64,000 bases of DNA from Camelus dromedarius (taxonomy: Eukaryota), in assembly GCF_036321535.1 (NCBI RefSeq), contig NC_087436.1:100938001-101002000 (forward strand). The letters are read 5' to 3'. Shown piece by piece: positions 11,511 to 23,803 of this stretch; position 1 is the first letter of the stretch; each line of letters starts with the position of its first letter. A model generated the notes under the pieces. It ran no database searches, was not told the origin of the DNA, and saw nothing but the letters and a program-made list of their open reading frames with translations. The position numbers and the translations under genes are program-made.

Positions 11511-14500
11511 GTTAAAATGTTGGTTTTAGAGTTTCTTGGAGATGGAATCTACTATTGCTGCATGTACTTAAAAAAACTAGAATTTCTTAGCATCTCTCTT
11601 CAATGAAAAAGACCAAATAATACTGAGCAAAATACTGAGTAAGCAATTATATTAATTAAAATAATAAAAACTCAGTGCACATATTGATGCAAAAGACATT
11701 TATAATACCTTTTAAAGTGTCTATCTTAGCAATCCTAATGTTTTGTTCAACTTCAAGAAACAAAAAGCAAATGAATCCAGACAACATTTTTGCTGACAGT
11801 GAAAAACCAAAGGCGAAAGTGCACTTGGGACTCTTGGGAACATCGAAGGATGTACGCCAAGGAACGTTTATCATTATCATAAACATTTTACTTAATGTGC
11901 CAAAAGAACTGCACACAAGCATTTTAAGATCATTTGAATGCTAAGAAAATCCTTCCACATACTCAAGGCACTGTAAAGAAGACACATTTTAAAATAATAA
12001 ACTGCTTCCCATTTTCCTCTATTAAGTGATTATCTGATGTCAGGTACTCGTCACTTAGAGCTTAATTACATGGCGGCACTACCATTTGGGGAATTATAGT
12101 CTAATGCCATGCTCACCTAAAAGTAATCTACGTGCCACCTGCTCTCTGGTTCTGTGGATGACATCAGCCACTGCGGATGTGGAGAGGGAACATGTTATTA
12201 AGAAGCATAGATGTTCTGTGAGGTCATGTTACAGAATAAGCTAAGGACAAGTACATCCCTTACTGGAAGGGAAGCCATCACCATGCTTCCTGCCATAAGA
12301 GACACAGATTCCTAAAGAACCTCATCTGTCACTCATTGAAAAGTGACCTGAATTCTAATTTTCTTCTCCAAAAATCTGCTTTGAAAAGCTGTTGATTCTC
12401 TATGCCCCAGTCTCCCTGTCTCAGAGTGGAGGATAGGATCTCCCACATCGCAAGGGCATAATTAATTAAGGTGTAAGTGTTTTCCAACCTGTGGATGAAG
12501 GTAACAGGTGCAAATTACCATTTGAAAGAGTGATTCATGTCACCAAGACTAACTGCTGACTAGGGAGGCTTAAATCAACCTTATTTGAAGTTCTATTATT
12601 TTTTAAATGCTGACAGAGAATCCACACTTACTGACAGCATTGCACAGATAAGATACGCTCCCTGCCCTCTGGGTCTGCCATTTCAGTGAAACAGATGGCA
12701 AGATTATAGAATGAATGTGGAAGCAGTGGGCAGGGAAATGACGAACGATTTTTCAACTCTAAGAAAGTTCTGGAATAGCATTACCAGTAGGTAAATGATA
12801 CTTAGCTAATGGCAATTTCTAAATTCAGATGTTTATATGAATTTTTGAAAAGGCACAGGCTTCAGTGGTCCTTAGTCTAAAACTATTTTTAAAATAGGCA
12901 TCATCACTCATGCTAATATTTACAATGAAATGTGAACATCAAATATCTCAATATTTTAAAAATGCACCCAACTGTTGTTTACATCATGATGATTGTTAGA
13001 ATGTATTACAAATAATGAATAATTATTTTCTTTTTTTCAATTCAGTGACAGGAGGTAATTTTCTATGAAGAGAAGCACTTTAATGTAGTGCCTTTGGAGC
13101 CCAGGTCGAATTTGGTGTGAAGAAGGAGAAGCAATAGCAGGAAGGGGTGGTGATGGAGCTTAATGTTAAATGAGCTGCTGGTGAAAAGGAAAGAAATATT
13201 TCCTTGGACTATGAAGTTGACACTTACCAAAAAAGAAAGAACATTCAAGAAGCTTCTAGAGGGAAGACTTGAAAACCGAATTGGAACAGTAGAATAACAA
13301 ACTTAAAAGTCAGATTGTGAGGAGGGAGAAATTGACCAGGGTGAGGACTATCAAGGCAAGATAGGGTTGAGCTGGGCTGTCGCTTAGTGGGATAAGTCTA
13401 GAAAGGTTTCAATGTGAAATAAAAAGCTACAGGAGCGATGTAACTGAAGGCTGAGTATCAAAGGAGGAGGAAGCTTTAGGAAGAAGAGGATGTGGGAACA
13501 AAGGATGGGGCGGAAAACTTGTAAAAATGTGTGAAAATTATTTCCTGTAATTATTAAATTGACTGTAAATAAAGTACTATATCTAAATGAAAGAATTATA
13601 TAAACTATTTTTATAATTTGACTTGCGTTTTTGAAGCCAATGTAAATTCCAGCTGCATCACATGGTGGAACTGGAGTTAGCATCTAGGGGCAAATTCTGC
13701 AGTAAAAATAACCCTCTCTGCTGGGCCTCCCTCACCCCATATTTCTTTTCACTATTTTTCTATTTCTTAATAAAATATGCTGAAATATAACTTTTATTAT
13801 CCGAGTAAAGAATCCCCAATCTTAGTATTTTTTTTTTCTCCATTAAGCTGGGAAAGACACCATTTCAAACAATATTTTCCAGCTCTCTTTGGTTGCTGCA
13901 CGTAGTTTGATAGATCTCTCAGCCGTATATGCTGTAAGTTACTGGCGAGGCCCATGGCCAGTGGTCTCATAGAAACATATTTCTATTGGCTGCACACAGT
14001 ATCAAGTTAAAAAAATTACAAAGAATGGGATAATAAAACTTAAATAGTATTCTTATTTTGCATTTTATGTTTATACTTTGTATTGTGGGGAAGTTGTCTT
14101 TTGAAAAAAACATATTACTTTAAAATTATTCAATCTATAAACATTTTCTGAATGCCTACCAACACACTGTGCGTGGATTAACCAGGCTTCTTACCCCAAA
14201 GTAACTTTCCATGGACAACGAGAGAGGGGACTTACAAGAGAAAATAATAAGCACTACTATGTAAATAAATACCCAAAATGACACAGTCTTGACAACAGGA
14301 AACAGCCATCACATAAAATCTATTTGTGATTTATTACTGTCCATTAAATAGATTCTAAGACAAAACATTATTTTATGGCAAAATTCAGAACTTTTAACCT
14401 CCCATGGAAAGTAGATTGTTTCAACACTGAATTTTAGTTTCAAAATAATTTATTTTGAATTTACATTATGTGTAAAGGTCAAATGTTCCAAAAGAACAGA

Positions 14501-15436
14501 TATTGTTTCCTAAACCTTATCATATTCGTGTGTTGAAAAAAGTTACATTAGTTTTTGTAAGGGAATATGGGCTTTATGAGAACTCTCTAGATATATGATG
14601 TTACGTATAACATACACATGCATAATTCTATAATTAGAGGCTAAACCTTTTAAGAAGGGTGTGTCATCTGATAAAAAGTTTCTCTGATCTTAAAAGGTTG
14701 TTTATCACAAGTTGACACGCACAGGTAATTATGAACAAATAATTTTACTGAAGCAGCTAGAGTAAAGCTTTTTAAAAAAGTTAATTGAACATGAAATAAG
14801 CAACTATACATTCTATCTTGATTTTTTTGAGGTTGAGCAACAAAACTATTTAACCCTGCACAGATATTACAAACTACTTATGTGTAATTAAAATAATCAT
14901 GAAAAGGCCATAAAAATATTTAAATATTTAATGGACGAAAGTCATGCCAGAATCATGAAAGGCTTAAGTTAGAATTCTAGCACTTATCTGAGGAAACGAT
15001 CCCTTATTCTTTGTAAGTAAGTCTGAAGGAAAATGGCACATAATGAGAACATTTGTTCAAGGAATTACTTGACTATGGTTCTAAGTGAATGCCCTGTTAA
15101 TTCCTTACACTAGGAAAGGGAGACATATTTGAAAAGAACGAAGTCTACTGAATACTTAAAATAATATTGTTTAAATTAATGTAAGATATTTTCACATTCT
15201 ATTCTATCAGATGTGAAACATTTTTATTAGGTGGTATCAGGAAGGCCCCTTAAGAAACTGAAATGCTTTAAATTGGCTTTGAAATTTGTCCTAAACTATC
15301 TCTCCAGCCTTCACTTTCCTTATAGTCCTTCACACAATCTACAACTCAGACAACTGAGACCAATTGGGATTTCCCAAAAGTCTCAAAATTTGGCTTTTGT
15401 GAGTATTTTTCCTTCTACCTGGAATGTTCTTTATTC

Positions 15437-15499
15437 CAAGGTTTCTCAATCTGGACACTACTGATGATTTGACCTGGAACAATCTGGTGGTGGGTTGTC
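15437..15499 (-). mobile_element. MER20 hAT DNA transposon, first part (interrupted)
   Basis: caaggtttctcaatctggacactactgatgatttg...tgggttgtct resembles the MER20 terminus (CAGGGTTTCTCAACCTCGGCACTATTGACATTTTG...GGGCTGTCC). Confidence 0.75.
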
Positions 15500-16136
15500 T
15501 TTTTTTTTTTTCCCTCTTTGTTCCAATAACCATTTTTATTTTCATAGCTGTACTGATAACATATTTCTTTTGTACTCATTCTTCAAATTATTTCAGTTGC
15601 ATTTTCAGCCTGAAACTTATAAGACTGTGAAGTGTCTGTTATTTGCAAAATGTGAGCTCCATATACACATTTCTTAGAGATTAAAACACATAAGGAATGA
15701 GGGAGGCAAGGAGGGGCCACATCTGGAGATTACACAACAATGTAGATCTGTGGCAGCCACTGTAATATCTGGGAAAGCAGCAGAAACAAAAAGATGAGAG
15801 AATGGAATGAAATAATGCCATTTGCAAAAACACAGATGGACCTCAAGATTATCATATTAAGTGAAGTAAATCAGACAGAGAAAGACAAATATACAATATC
15901 ACTTACATGTGAAATCTAAAAAAAATGATACAAATGAACTTATTTACAAAACAGAGACTCACAGACATAGAAAACAAACTTATGGTTACAAAAGGGGAAA
16001 GACGGGAAGGGATAAATTAGGAGTTTGGGATTAGTGAATACAAACTACTATATATAAAAGAGATAAACAACAAAGTCCTGCTGTATAGCACAGGGAACTG
16101 CATTCACTATCTTGTAATAACCTACAATGAAAAAGA

Positions 16137-16199
<63 letters not shown>

Positions 16200-17050
16200 A
16201 AAAACACTGAATCACCATGCTGTACACCAGAAACTAACTAAATATTGTAAATCAACTAACTATATGTCAGTTTAAAAAAAATGAAAGAATGATCCCCCCC
16301 AAAAGAAATTGAATTCTGTCTTCCCATCACTTTCTATGGACTGAGGCCAGTCTTAAAGATACTTGTTAGACCACGCTCACCACGCTTGGCTGAACAGGGA
16401 TGAATTGCCACCAGAGATTATGGGAACAGCTTCAGGAAGGTGTAATTAAGGTTCTGAGACAAGATCTGAATTTATTCAACATTACACACCAGTCAGCCTT
16501 TATTCATTAAAACATACAAGAAATCAACTTATTTAAAATAAAATAATAACAAGTAATAGATTCTCCACGTTCAGGGTCTAAGTTCTAGAATTGTTGCAAT
16601 TTGCCCATCTCCTATTGGTTCTCTAGATCCATCTAAGAAGAGTGCTAAGTATTCAGAAAGGCTGGTGTCAGAGTTATATCCATTTAGACAGGGTACCAGG
16701 AACCATCTTATCTCACCAACCCGTGACCTCTGGATCACTTTATCCCCTCTCAACTCTTTATCTTTTAGTTTTTTGACTCATGATCAACTTTTTGCCTTTC
16801 ATTGTCTACTGGCAAAGTTTATTCTTCTCTGATAGTTCTGATTCAAAAGAGAGGTTTTCTGTTTTCTTATTTATGCTGGCATCAGGGTTACATCTTCTCC
16901 CTACAAAAACTTTCATCTTTAGAGAACGACCTCTATTTATCAAAAATATGATTTTATTCATCCAGTGAAAGTAGATTATGAATATGCAGCAAAATGGGTA
17001 TGTTCTTTCCACTACACCCTTCCAGCAGCCTCTTAGCCAGCTTCTCTTGT
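15500..17050 (-). pseudogene. Probable processed pseudogene (retrocopy) inserted into MER20; parent gene not established, weak resemblance to DPPA3/STELLA
   Basis: T-run at 15500-15511 (minus-strand polyA) with TTTATT (AATAAA) at 15535-15540, 23 nt away. The sequence sits exactly between two colinear MER20 halves. A decayed reading frame with stops and frameshifts lies at 16571-17050. Confidence 0.65.
15805..16281 (+). mobile_element. 5'-truncated L1 3' end (artiodactyl/camelid type) with internal (TA)n
   Basis: gaatgaaataatgccatttgca...aagtgaagtaaatcagacagagaaagacaaata...gctgtacaccagaaactaac followed by an A tail. Near-TSD atgagagaatg (15794-15804) / atgaaagaatg (16281-16291). Confidence 0.92.
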
Positions 17051-17053
17051 GGA

Positions 17054-17226
17054 TCTTGTGGCTTATAGGATGTTTAGTAGCATCCTTGACCTCTGCTCAC
17101 TAAATGCCAGTTTCCTTCCCCCAGCTGTGAGAAATAAAAATGTCTCCAGGCATTGCCAAATGTCTCTTGGTGGGGGGGAGGGACAGTGCAGCTTAAAATT
17201 GCCTCCTGTTAAAAATCAAATCACTG
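17054..17226 (-). mobile_element. MER20 hAT DNA transposon, second part
   Basis: ataggatgtttagtagcatccttgacctctgctcactaaatgccag...aaaaatgtctccaggcattgccaaatgtc...cactg continues the MER20 consensus from where 15437-15499 stops. Confidence 0.85.
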
Positions 17227-18675
17227 TTTAATCCTTTCATATATACCTGATGAAATCTTAACCATCATTCCCCTTTCAGACCTAGAGTGAATATAATCTT
17301 TCCAACCTCCACAGACTACTAGTCACGTGTATCTTATTCAAACAACCTCATTCTTTCTTATATTACAACCATTTATGCTCAAATCTTATCTATATCATCG
17401 AGAAATCTGGTAATATGCTAGGATCGTACATTTTCTTCCTTGGTGTCTCCAAGAGGGCTTTCTCCACAAATACACCTCTTATTTGCTCAGAAAGTGTCAC
17501 ATGTTTGTTATATAATGGTCAGTATTACTGTCATCACCATATTCTTAGCCTCTACATTACTATTTGTACTATGTATTTTGAAAAAGCAAAATATGATTAA
17601 TATTAATCAATCTGAAGAATGATACAGGCAAACTCTATTCCCTTTTATTGCTTAAAACTTGAGAGTAAGTCTTTGCTGTTAAATTCAGTAATGGTCTTGT
17701 TGTCTTTTCTCTCTGAAGATAAAGTTCATTACTAAACAAATTAGCTTTTCAATTACTGCTGCTAAGCCATAAGTAATTGGAATTCACTGAAACTTTTACA
17801 GTCTTTTTTTTTCTAGTTGTTCGTTTTCTAAGCACCAACAATTTAAAATAAGATGAAATTATGCTGCTCATGATTAAAAAGAAATATATATGAATTTAAA
17901 AATGTAACTTGGCTCCCAGCCTGAAGACAAATAATTCAAATAACAAACTTCAACTGCTTTTTTTTTTTTTTTTCTGTCTGTCTTTCTGCCTTTCTCTCTT
18001 TTTCCTTTCCGAGTCTGTGGTTAAGCCTAGTTAGTATTTGGATAGGATTCTTAAAATATGAAACTTTGTGTTATTATAGGTAGTAGAGCAAATAAATGCA
18101 TGTCTTGCTCTATTATTTGTGAGGAAGCATAATGTTCTAGAACTAGATTGCTAATTAAGTTCTAAAAGGGAAGACAAACAGAATGAATGAAATTTTGAAT
18201 CAAATGGAAAAATCAATGGTCAGGCAAGTCTTTAAAAAAAAAACGAGGCAGACTGGTAGAGCCACGTCTTTAGCCCCTCCCTCTTGAAACTGACACAAGT
18301 GAAGGATGAGTGCTCCCGGGTTCTCTAGCTCCAGGGTGAGGCCCCACCAAAGGCAAAGCAATTTGAGGATACAGCGAAGGATGGCTGAGGTGATGTGACA
18401 AGACTGGGACTTACAGGACAATCAAATAAAACCAGCCATCTTGAACACCCCATTACACACACACACACACACCCCCAACCCAGACTCAGCTTATCCTCTC
18501 AATCACAGCCAGAGGTACTGAATTCAGTTGGCCACTCAGCATCAGGTCCTTTGGGGAGCTGATTTATTCATGATCAGAATATTGGACTTTTTTTTCAAGA
18601 CCAGGTAGAACCTAGCCCCCAGTATAATGGTTTTTTCGTTTGTTTTATTTGAAAACTTCCATTGCATTAGTCTTT

Positions 18676-18785
18676 TTAAAATATATATATTTTTATTGAA
18701 GTATAGTCATTTTACAATGGTGTGTCAATTTCTGGTGTACAGCACCATGCTTCAGTCATACATGGACATACGGATATTCGTTTTC
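18676..18785 (-). mobile_element. Very short L1 3' end (young camelid-type)
   Basis: tttattgaagtatagtc...gtgtcaatttctggtgtacagcaccatgcttcagtcatacatg is the reverse complement of the 35380-35465 L1 tail. TSD tagtcttt at 18668-18675 and 18786-18793. Confidence 0.9.
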
Positions 18786-21700
18786 TAGTCTTTGTTTCTC
18801 TTTTTCAATTCTCATAAACTACCTGGACACCAAGGTCTGCTTCTACTAATATATGACCCTTAGGTACCAACTTCTTATGCTTCAACCCCAGTCTAGTGCT
18901 CAGAGCCCTGTTATTTTTGATATGTGACCTTTCATTGTAAGGTCTATCTGCCTGCCTGGGGTTTCCACATTTTGCCCAAGTTCTCCATCTCAACATCCAG
19001 CACTGGTTGGATTTCTGAACCACATCACATATCATCTGGGATATAATATGAATTAAGAGTGGCAGATTTAATTTGTAAACCCAAATACGTCTGTATCTGA
19101 AGTTTTCTGTAAACTTCCTTGCTAGAGCCGAGAGCCCAGGCTTGCCTAGTGCTGCTACACCCAGGTACTGCTGTTTCCTGAAGACCCTCCACGATGCCTA
19201 CAGGTGTCTTCGCGCTCTAAAGAACTCTGCCCTAGACTCCACTGGCTGCCATCTGAGGAGTCCTGCTCCAGATGCCTGGATATCTAGGACATTTCTGACC
19301 CTGTTTTCGTATTTGAGACACACCATCTTCAGAAGGAGACTACCTTTTATACTTTATGATTAGTTAATAGTGCATTAACGAAAACAGGCATAATATCTCT
19401 ACACATAAAAAAAGAGATGTGCATGCTTTTAATTTGGGTAAATTTGCTGCTGATGCATGAGCATGCTCAGATTATTTTTTTCTGGTCACAAAAACACACC
19501 GATAATTACAGCAAAATGAAATCACCAGGCCTTCAAAGTCAAAGATATATTTAATATTTGCTACCTTTTAGGGGATAGAAGATAAAATTTTTGAATCATC
19601 TGTGAAAATTGCTGCCAATCTGTATCCAATTACAACCTACCACTGACTTGCTTTATTGGCTGTTCTGGGCATAGTCAATTATCAAAATAAATCAAAGCCA
19701 CACAACCAGTTTGGGGTTGCTTCTGACCACTGGAGTAGTTACATTTTGGGACATGAGAATTATTTTTTTCTATTTTTTCCGTACCTATTACACTTCCCAA
19801 ATCTTCAGATTATCCTACAGTGAGCTTAGTTTCTTTTTGCAAGATTAGCACGTTTCACAATGAGTTTCCTCTCATATGTTATTTATCATGAAAAAACGAC
19901 AGTTTAGGCTAAAATTAAAGCATCTAGGTAAGTAATTCTACTATTAATCCTGAATTTTGGATCATTTTGAAATGAAATATTTATCTTACTCCCTTCTATT
20001 TTAAAGGGGATTTTCACTTTTAAATAATCAAATTTGAATGCAGTGTTCAGCATGAGCATCAAAACAAGAAACAAAGAGCTTTTAAAGACTCTACTTAAAC
20101 ACTTTTATTCTAAGACTATCCTTATGTATAATGCTACATACACATCATGTCAATTTTTTAAAATATCCCAAAGTACTAAAGCCCTGTTAGTAGATATTGG
20201 CTAGCTGCTCAAAGTCAGTATCATATAAGATAAATAATTTGACTCGACTAAAAACATTTTCTAGACTACTCATATTTTAGAAGAAAAAAAATTAAATTAA
20301 AACTACAAGTTATAGAAAGCATAAAATGACCATGACCATTAATAAGTCATCTATAAAAAAGAAGAGTTGCTATAGCCAAAATTCAATTGGCTGATTTAAT
20401 TTCCACAGGAAATTCAAGCATTTCTACAGTTAAATTGAATGAAGTTGATAAAATACCAATAAAAAATAGGCAGGATTGATACAAAACAGGTTTGCTCACA
20501 TTGCAAAAGGTTATGTACAGCGATTTCAATGGAGCTTATAATCAGAGCCATGCTTCTATTAATATGTTTTAATAGATGTATATATTTATAAACATATACA
20601 TATATAAATATTATGCATATATAAATGAACATATATACATATATATAAGTGTAAATTCGGGGCTTTTTTCAGAATTTTAGAAAATAATAATGCAGAATAT
20701 AGTAAAGAATAGTGTAGGATACTGTATCAACACACAGCCAACCAAGGTGTTTGATCAAATGCAAAGCGGAATTTTCTTCACAGAACATAACGCCTGTTTG
20801 TGAGAAGGTTCCAAGGAAGCTCAGCTGGCAATTTAAAGAGTCCTTGGGGGGATTAACTTAGCTACTTCATCAAGACTTAGCAGAGATGTACCAAGAGTTG
20901 AGTCTGGTGAAGATAAATTTATCTTAACCGTCAGCAAAGCTGGGGCTGGATTTCCTTATGGCAAATCACGAACATTCTGCGGGACTTGGGCAGGGGATTC
21001 TAGTGCAATAATTGCATAAGATTAGCTTTTTTAAAAAGCTTAGAAATAGTGGTTAGCTGCTTACTCTGACATTTATTAAAAATGCAATCATCTGAAGCCC
21101 TCGTGAAAAGACGATCAAACAGATTACTTCTATTAATTACCTGAATTACAGATCAACTAATCCATTCGGCTCTGTGGCATCACTGCATATATTTATTTTA
21201 ACGTCGTGGACCTGCAACAGCAGGCCAAGAGCGAAGAACACAGGAGTGTGTGTGTGCCTGTTTGGGTGTGCGTGCGTGTTTGAAAGGGTAGTATATTTTA
21301 CATTTTTTCCCCAAAGGTAAGCCAAATAATGCAACATATTTTTATGGCGAAAATAAGAGGTGTTGAAAATATCAATGATGTGTAGGAACGTTTTAATTCT
21401 GTGGGATGCCAAGGTGGCAGAATGTTGTGTCCCAAAGAAAGTAAACGAGGAAAGCAGAACGGCACGTATGCTAATACATATTTGCTCACAGACACATACA
21501 CTTACAGCTTTAAAGGGAATACATAAAAATTATGCTGCAGACAATGTCTTTATACAGATTTATCATAGCATCTGTCAGCTCCATAATATGTTCATAAAAC
21601 TAGGAACACGTGTCTTCACAGCATGCTCATTTTGGGATGCCCACTGTTGTTATCTCAAATCCTCTCACTGCTAGCCTGGCTGTTGTCTTTCAGATCACAG

Positions 21701-23164
21701 CCTCAGGAATTCATGTTCCTTCACTTCCACATCAAAATGAGAGGTTTACATTTAAATAAATCAAAGGTACAACTCGGGATACAAAAGGAGAGGGAAATAA
21801 AACTGCTTAGAAAGAGAATTCAAATAACATTTCTAGGATTGGAGGGAACACGGGAAAATATCGTATAGATGGGTGGGCACAAGGGGAGAAGGTAAAACAA
21901 ATTAATGAATTATTAATACAAGTTTAATCCTACCAAGCATTTTGGCTATCCCAAAGTCAATGAAACCTCAAAGCGGTTTGGAATTTCAGTAATGGCGGTG
22001 GTAACATGTCACAGAATAGCATCTGACAAATTACTGGATAGGTACTAGTAATGATTGTATAAAATTCTAAGTGTAAGTGGTTGTTTAAAAATATTCATAT
22101 CTTATCCATTGAACACCATTACTTTTTTGGTCTGTATGTCCTGAAAAGCTTTCAGCATTGTCCACAAAGATTTTAGTAGAGGAAAAGATGTTTGTAATAT
22201 TTATATTTTCAGTGGCTGCCATGAAATTTATTCTGTTAAGTGTTACCTTTACAAAGACCTAAATTTCAAAAAGCAACCTTCATTAAAATTCACTGGGCTT
22301 ACAATCTATGAGATAATGGATAAACTGGATCTTGATATATTTGGGAAAGACCAACTTAAAACAAAACATATCTGGGGCTGTATATTGTAGGGCAAATAGA
22401 CATTTTTAGAGATATTTTCTATTAAATAATAGGCAAATGGAAACATTTCTATTTTCATTCATCTGTTAACCACCTATGATAATTAGGAAGTAAATTATCC
22501 ACTTCAAAACAAATCTCATTGATTTGCTTGGTACTTAAAGAACAATACAACACTGTGAATCCTAGTGAAGTGGGTTCAAAACATTTCAGCTGAATGACAA
22601 GCAAACAAAAATTCTTCCAAATCCTCATACTCTTTGCCAGAGTTGGGAGTTCTTCCAACTCTTACTAGAACTACGTTAAGAAACAAGTCACTCTCCTAAT
22701 GTGGTTTGTACACTAATAGCCATTTCATTTAGCTTTTCATAGCTGAAAATTAAGGGCAGATGCTATGCAAGATGTTAAATGCAATGTGTCCTATATGTGA
22801 GGCAATTTCTCTGAAAATTCCATGAAATTTATGTTAACCTTTTCCTTTTCTTGGGTGGCTATCTCTTGAGTGAAAAATGACACAGACTCATGCATTTCAT
22901 TAAGCTGCCCCCCAAAAGAGCAAGATATTACAGGCATCATGAACAGGATTAACATTTCTTAGTAAAATTGTTTATTATGTAAGTCTTAAAGAGTTAAAAA
23001 AAATCACAGAAAGCCAAAGTACCTACTAGAATTTTTTAAATAACTATGAATTAAGTAAAAACATATATTCTTTCTCTGAGTATTATTGCTATAGTGTATA
23101 GTTGCAAGGACTAAATGCTTTGAGGGAAGTGAAAAATAAATGTGATAAAGACAGAAAAAGAATA

Positions 23165-23290
23165 CAGATATTAGACTTAAACAGGTTTAGATTCTGGTCC
23201 TGACTGATATTTATTTATGTCATGACCTTAGGTTATAAAATCCTCCTGTGCCTCAGATTCTGTATTTCTTAAATAAGAATAGCAAGAATA
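23165..23290 (+). mobile_element. MIR fragment
   Basis: caggtttagattctggtcctgac...catgaccttaggtt...ctgtgcctcagattctgtatttc follows the MIR consensus. Confidence 0.6.
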
Positions 23291-23319
23291 ATTATAAGAG
23301 CTCCCTTTTGTGGAAGACA

Positions 23320-23442
23320 GCCTAGTATGTTTCAGGGACTGAACCAGGTGCTTTGTGTACTCAACTGTAATTTTTTTTCAATAACCCTATTATATGGCTA
23401 TCATCATCTTAGTTTTTAAAAGATGTAGAAACTGAGGTTAAG
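23320..23442 (-). mobile_element. MIR fragment
   Basis: ccaggtgctttg...caataaccctat...tttaaaagatgtagaaactgagg is the reverse MIR core. Confidence 0.6.
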
Positions 23443-23662
23443 GGAGAAAAGGAAATGAAAATATAAATAATATCTACCTTGCAAAATTTTTTTTCCAAAT
23501 TCTAAAGGAAATTGTTTTATTCAGTGACAGAATCCTCTGGAGAAAAAAAATAATGCATACTCTTTATTTATTATTTTTCACAGTTCTCCACCCTACTCTG
23601 CCTTTCTGCAGTATATTCTTTCCTGAAACACAGAAGTTTCTCTTCAATCAAATAACCACCCA

Positions 23663-23803
23663 GGAGGAGCGTATAGCTCAAGTGGTACAGGGCATGTTTA
23701 GCATGCATGAGGTCCTGGGTTCAATCCCCAGTATCTCCTCCAAAGATAAATGAACAAATAAATAAACCTAAGTACCTCCCCTGCCAAAAAGATTAAAAAA
23801 AAA
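23663..23803 (+). mobile_element. tRNA-Ala-derived SINE (camelid vic-1-like)
   Basis: A box (tagctcaagtgg), AGC anticodon remnant (ttagcatg) and B box (ggttcaatccc), followed by an AT-rich body and an A tail. Confidence 0.88.

Noticed and set aside
23663..23740. tRNA-Ala gene
   Set aside because: The stems are degenerate, it continues into a SINE body and A tail, and a sister copy with TSDs exists at 37012-37160.
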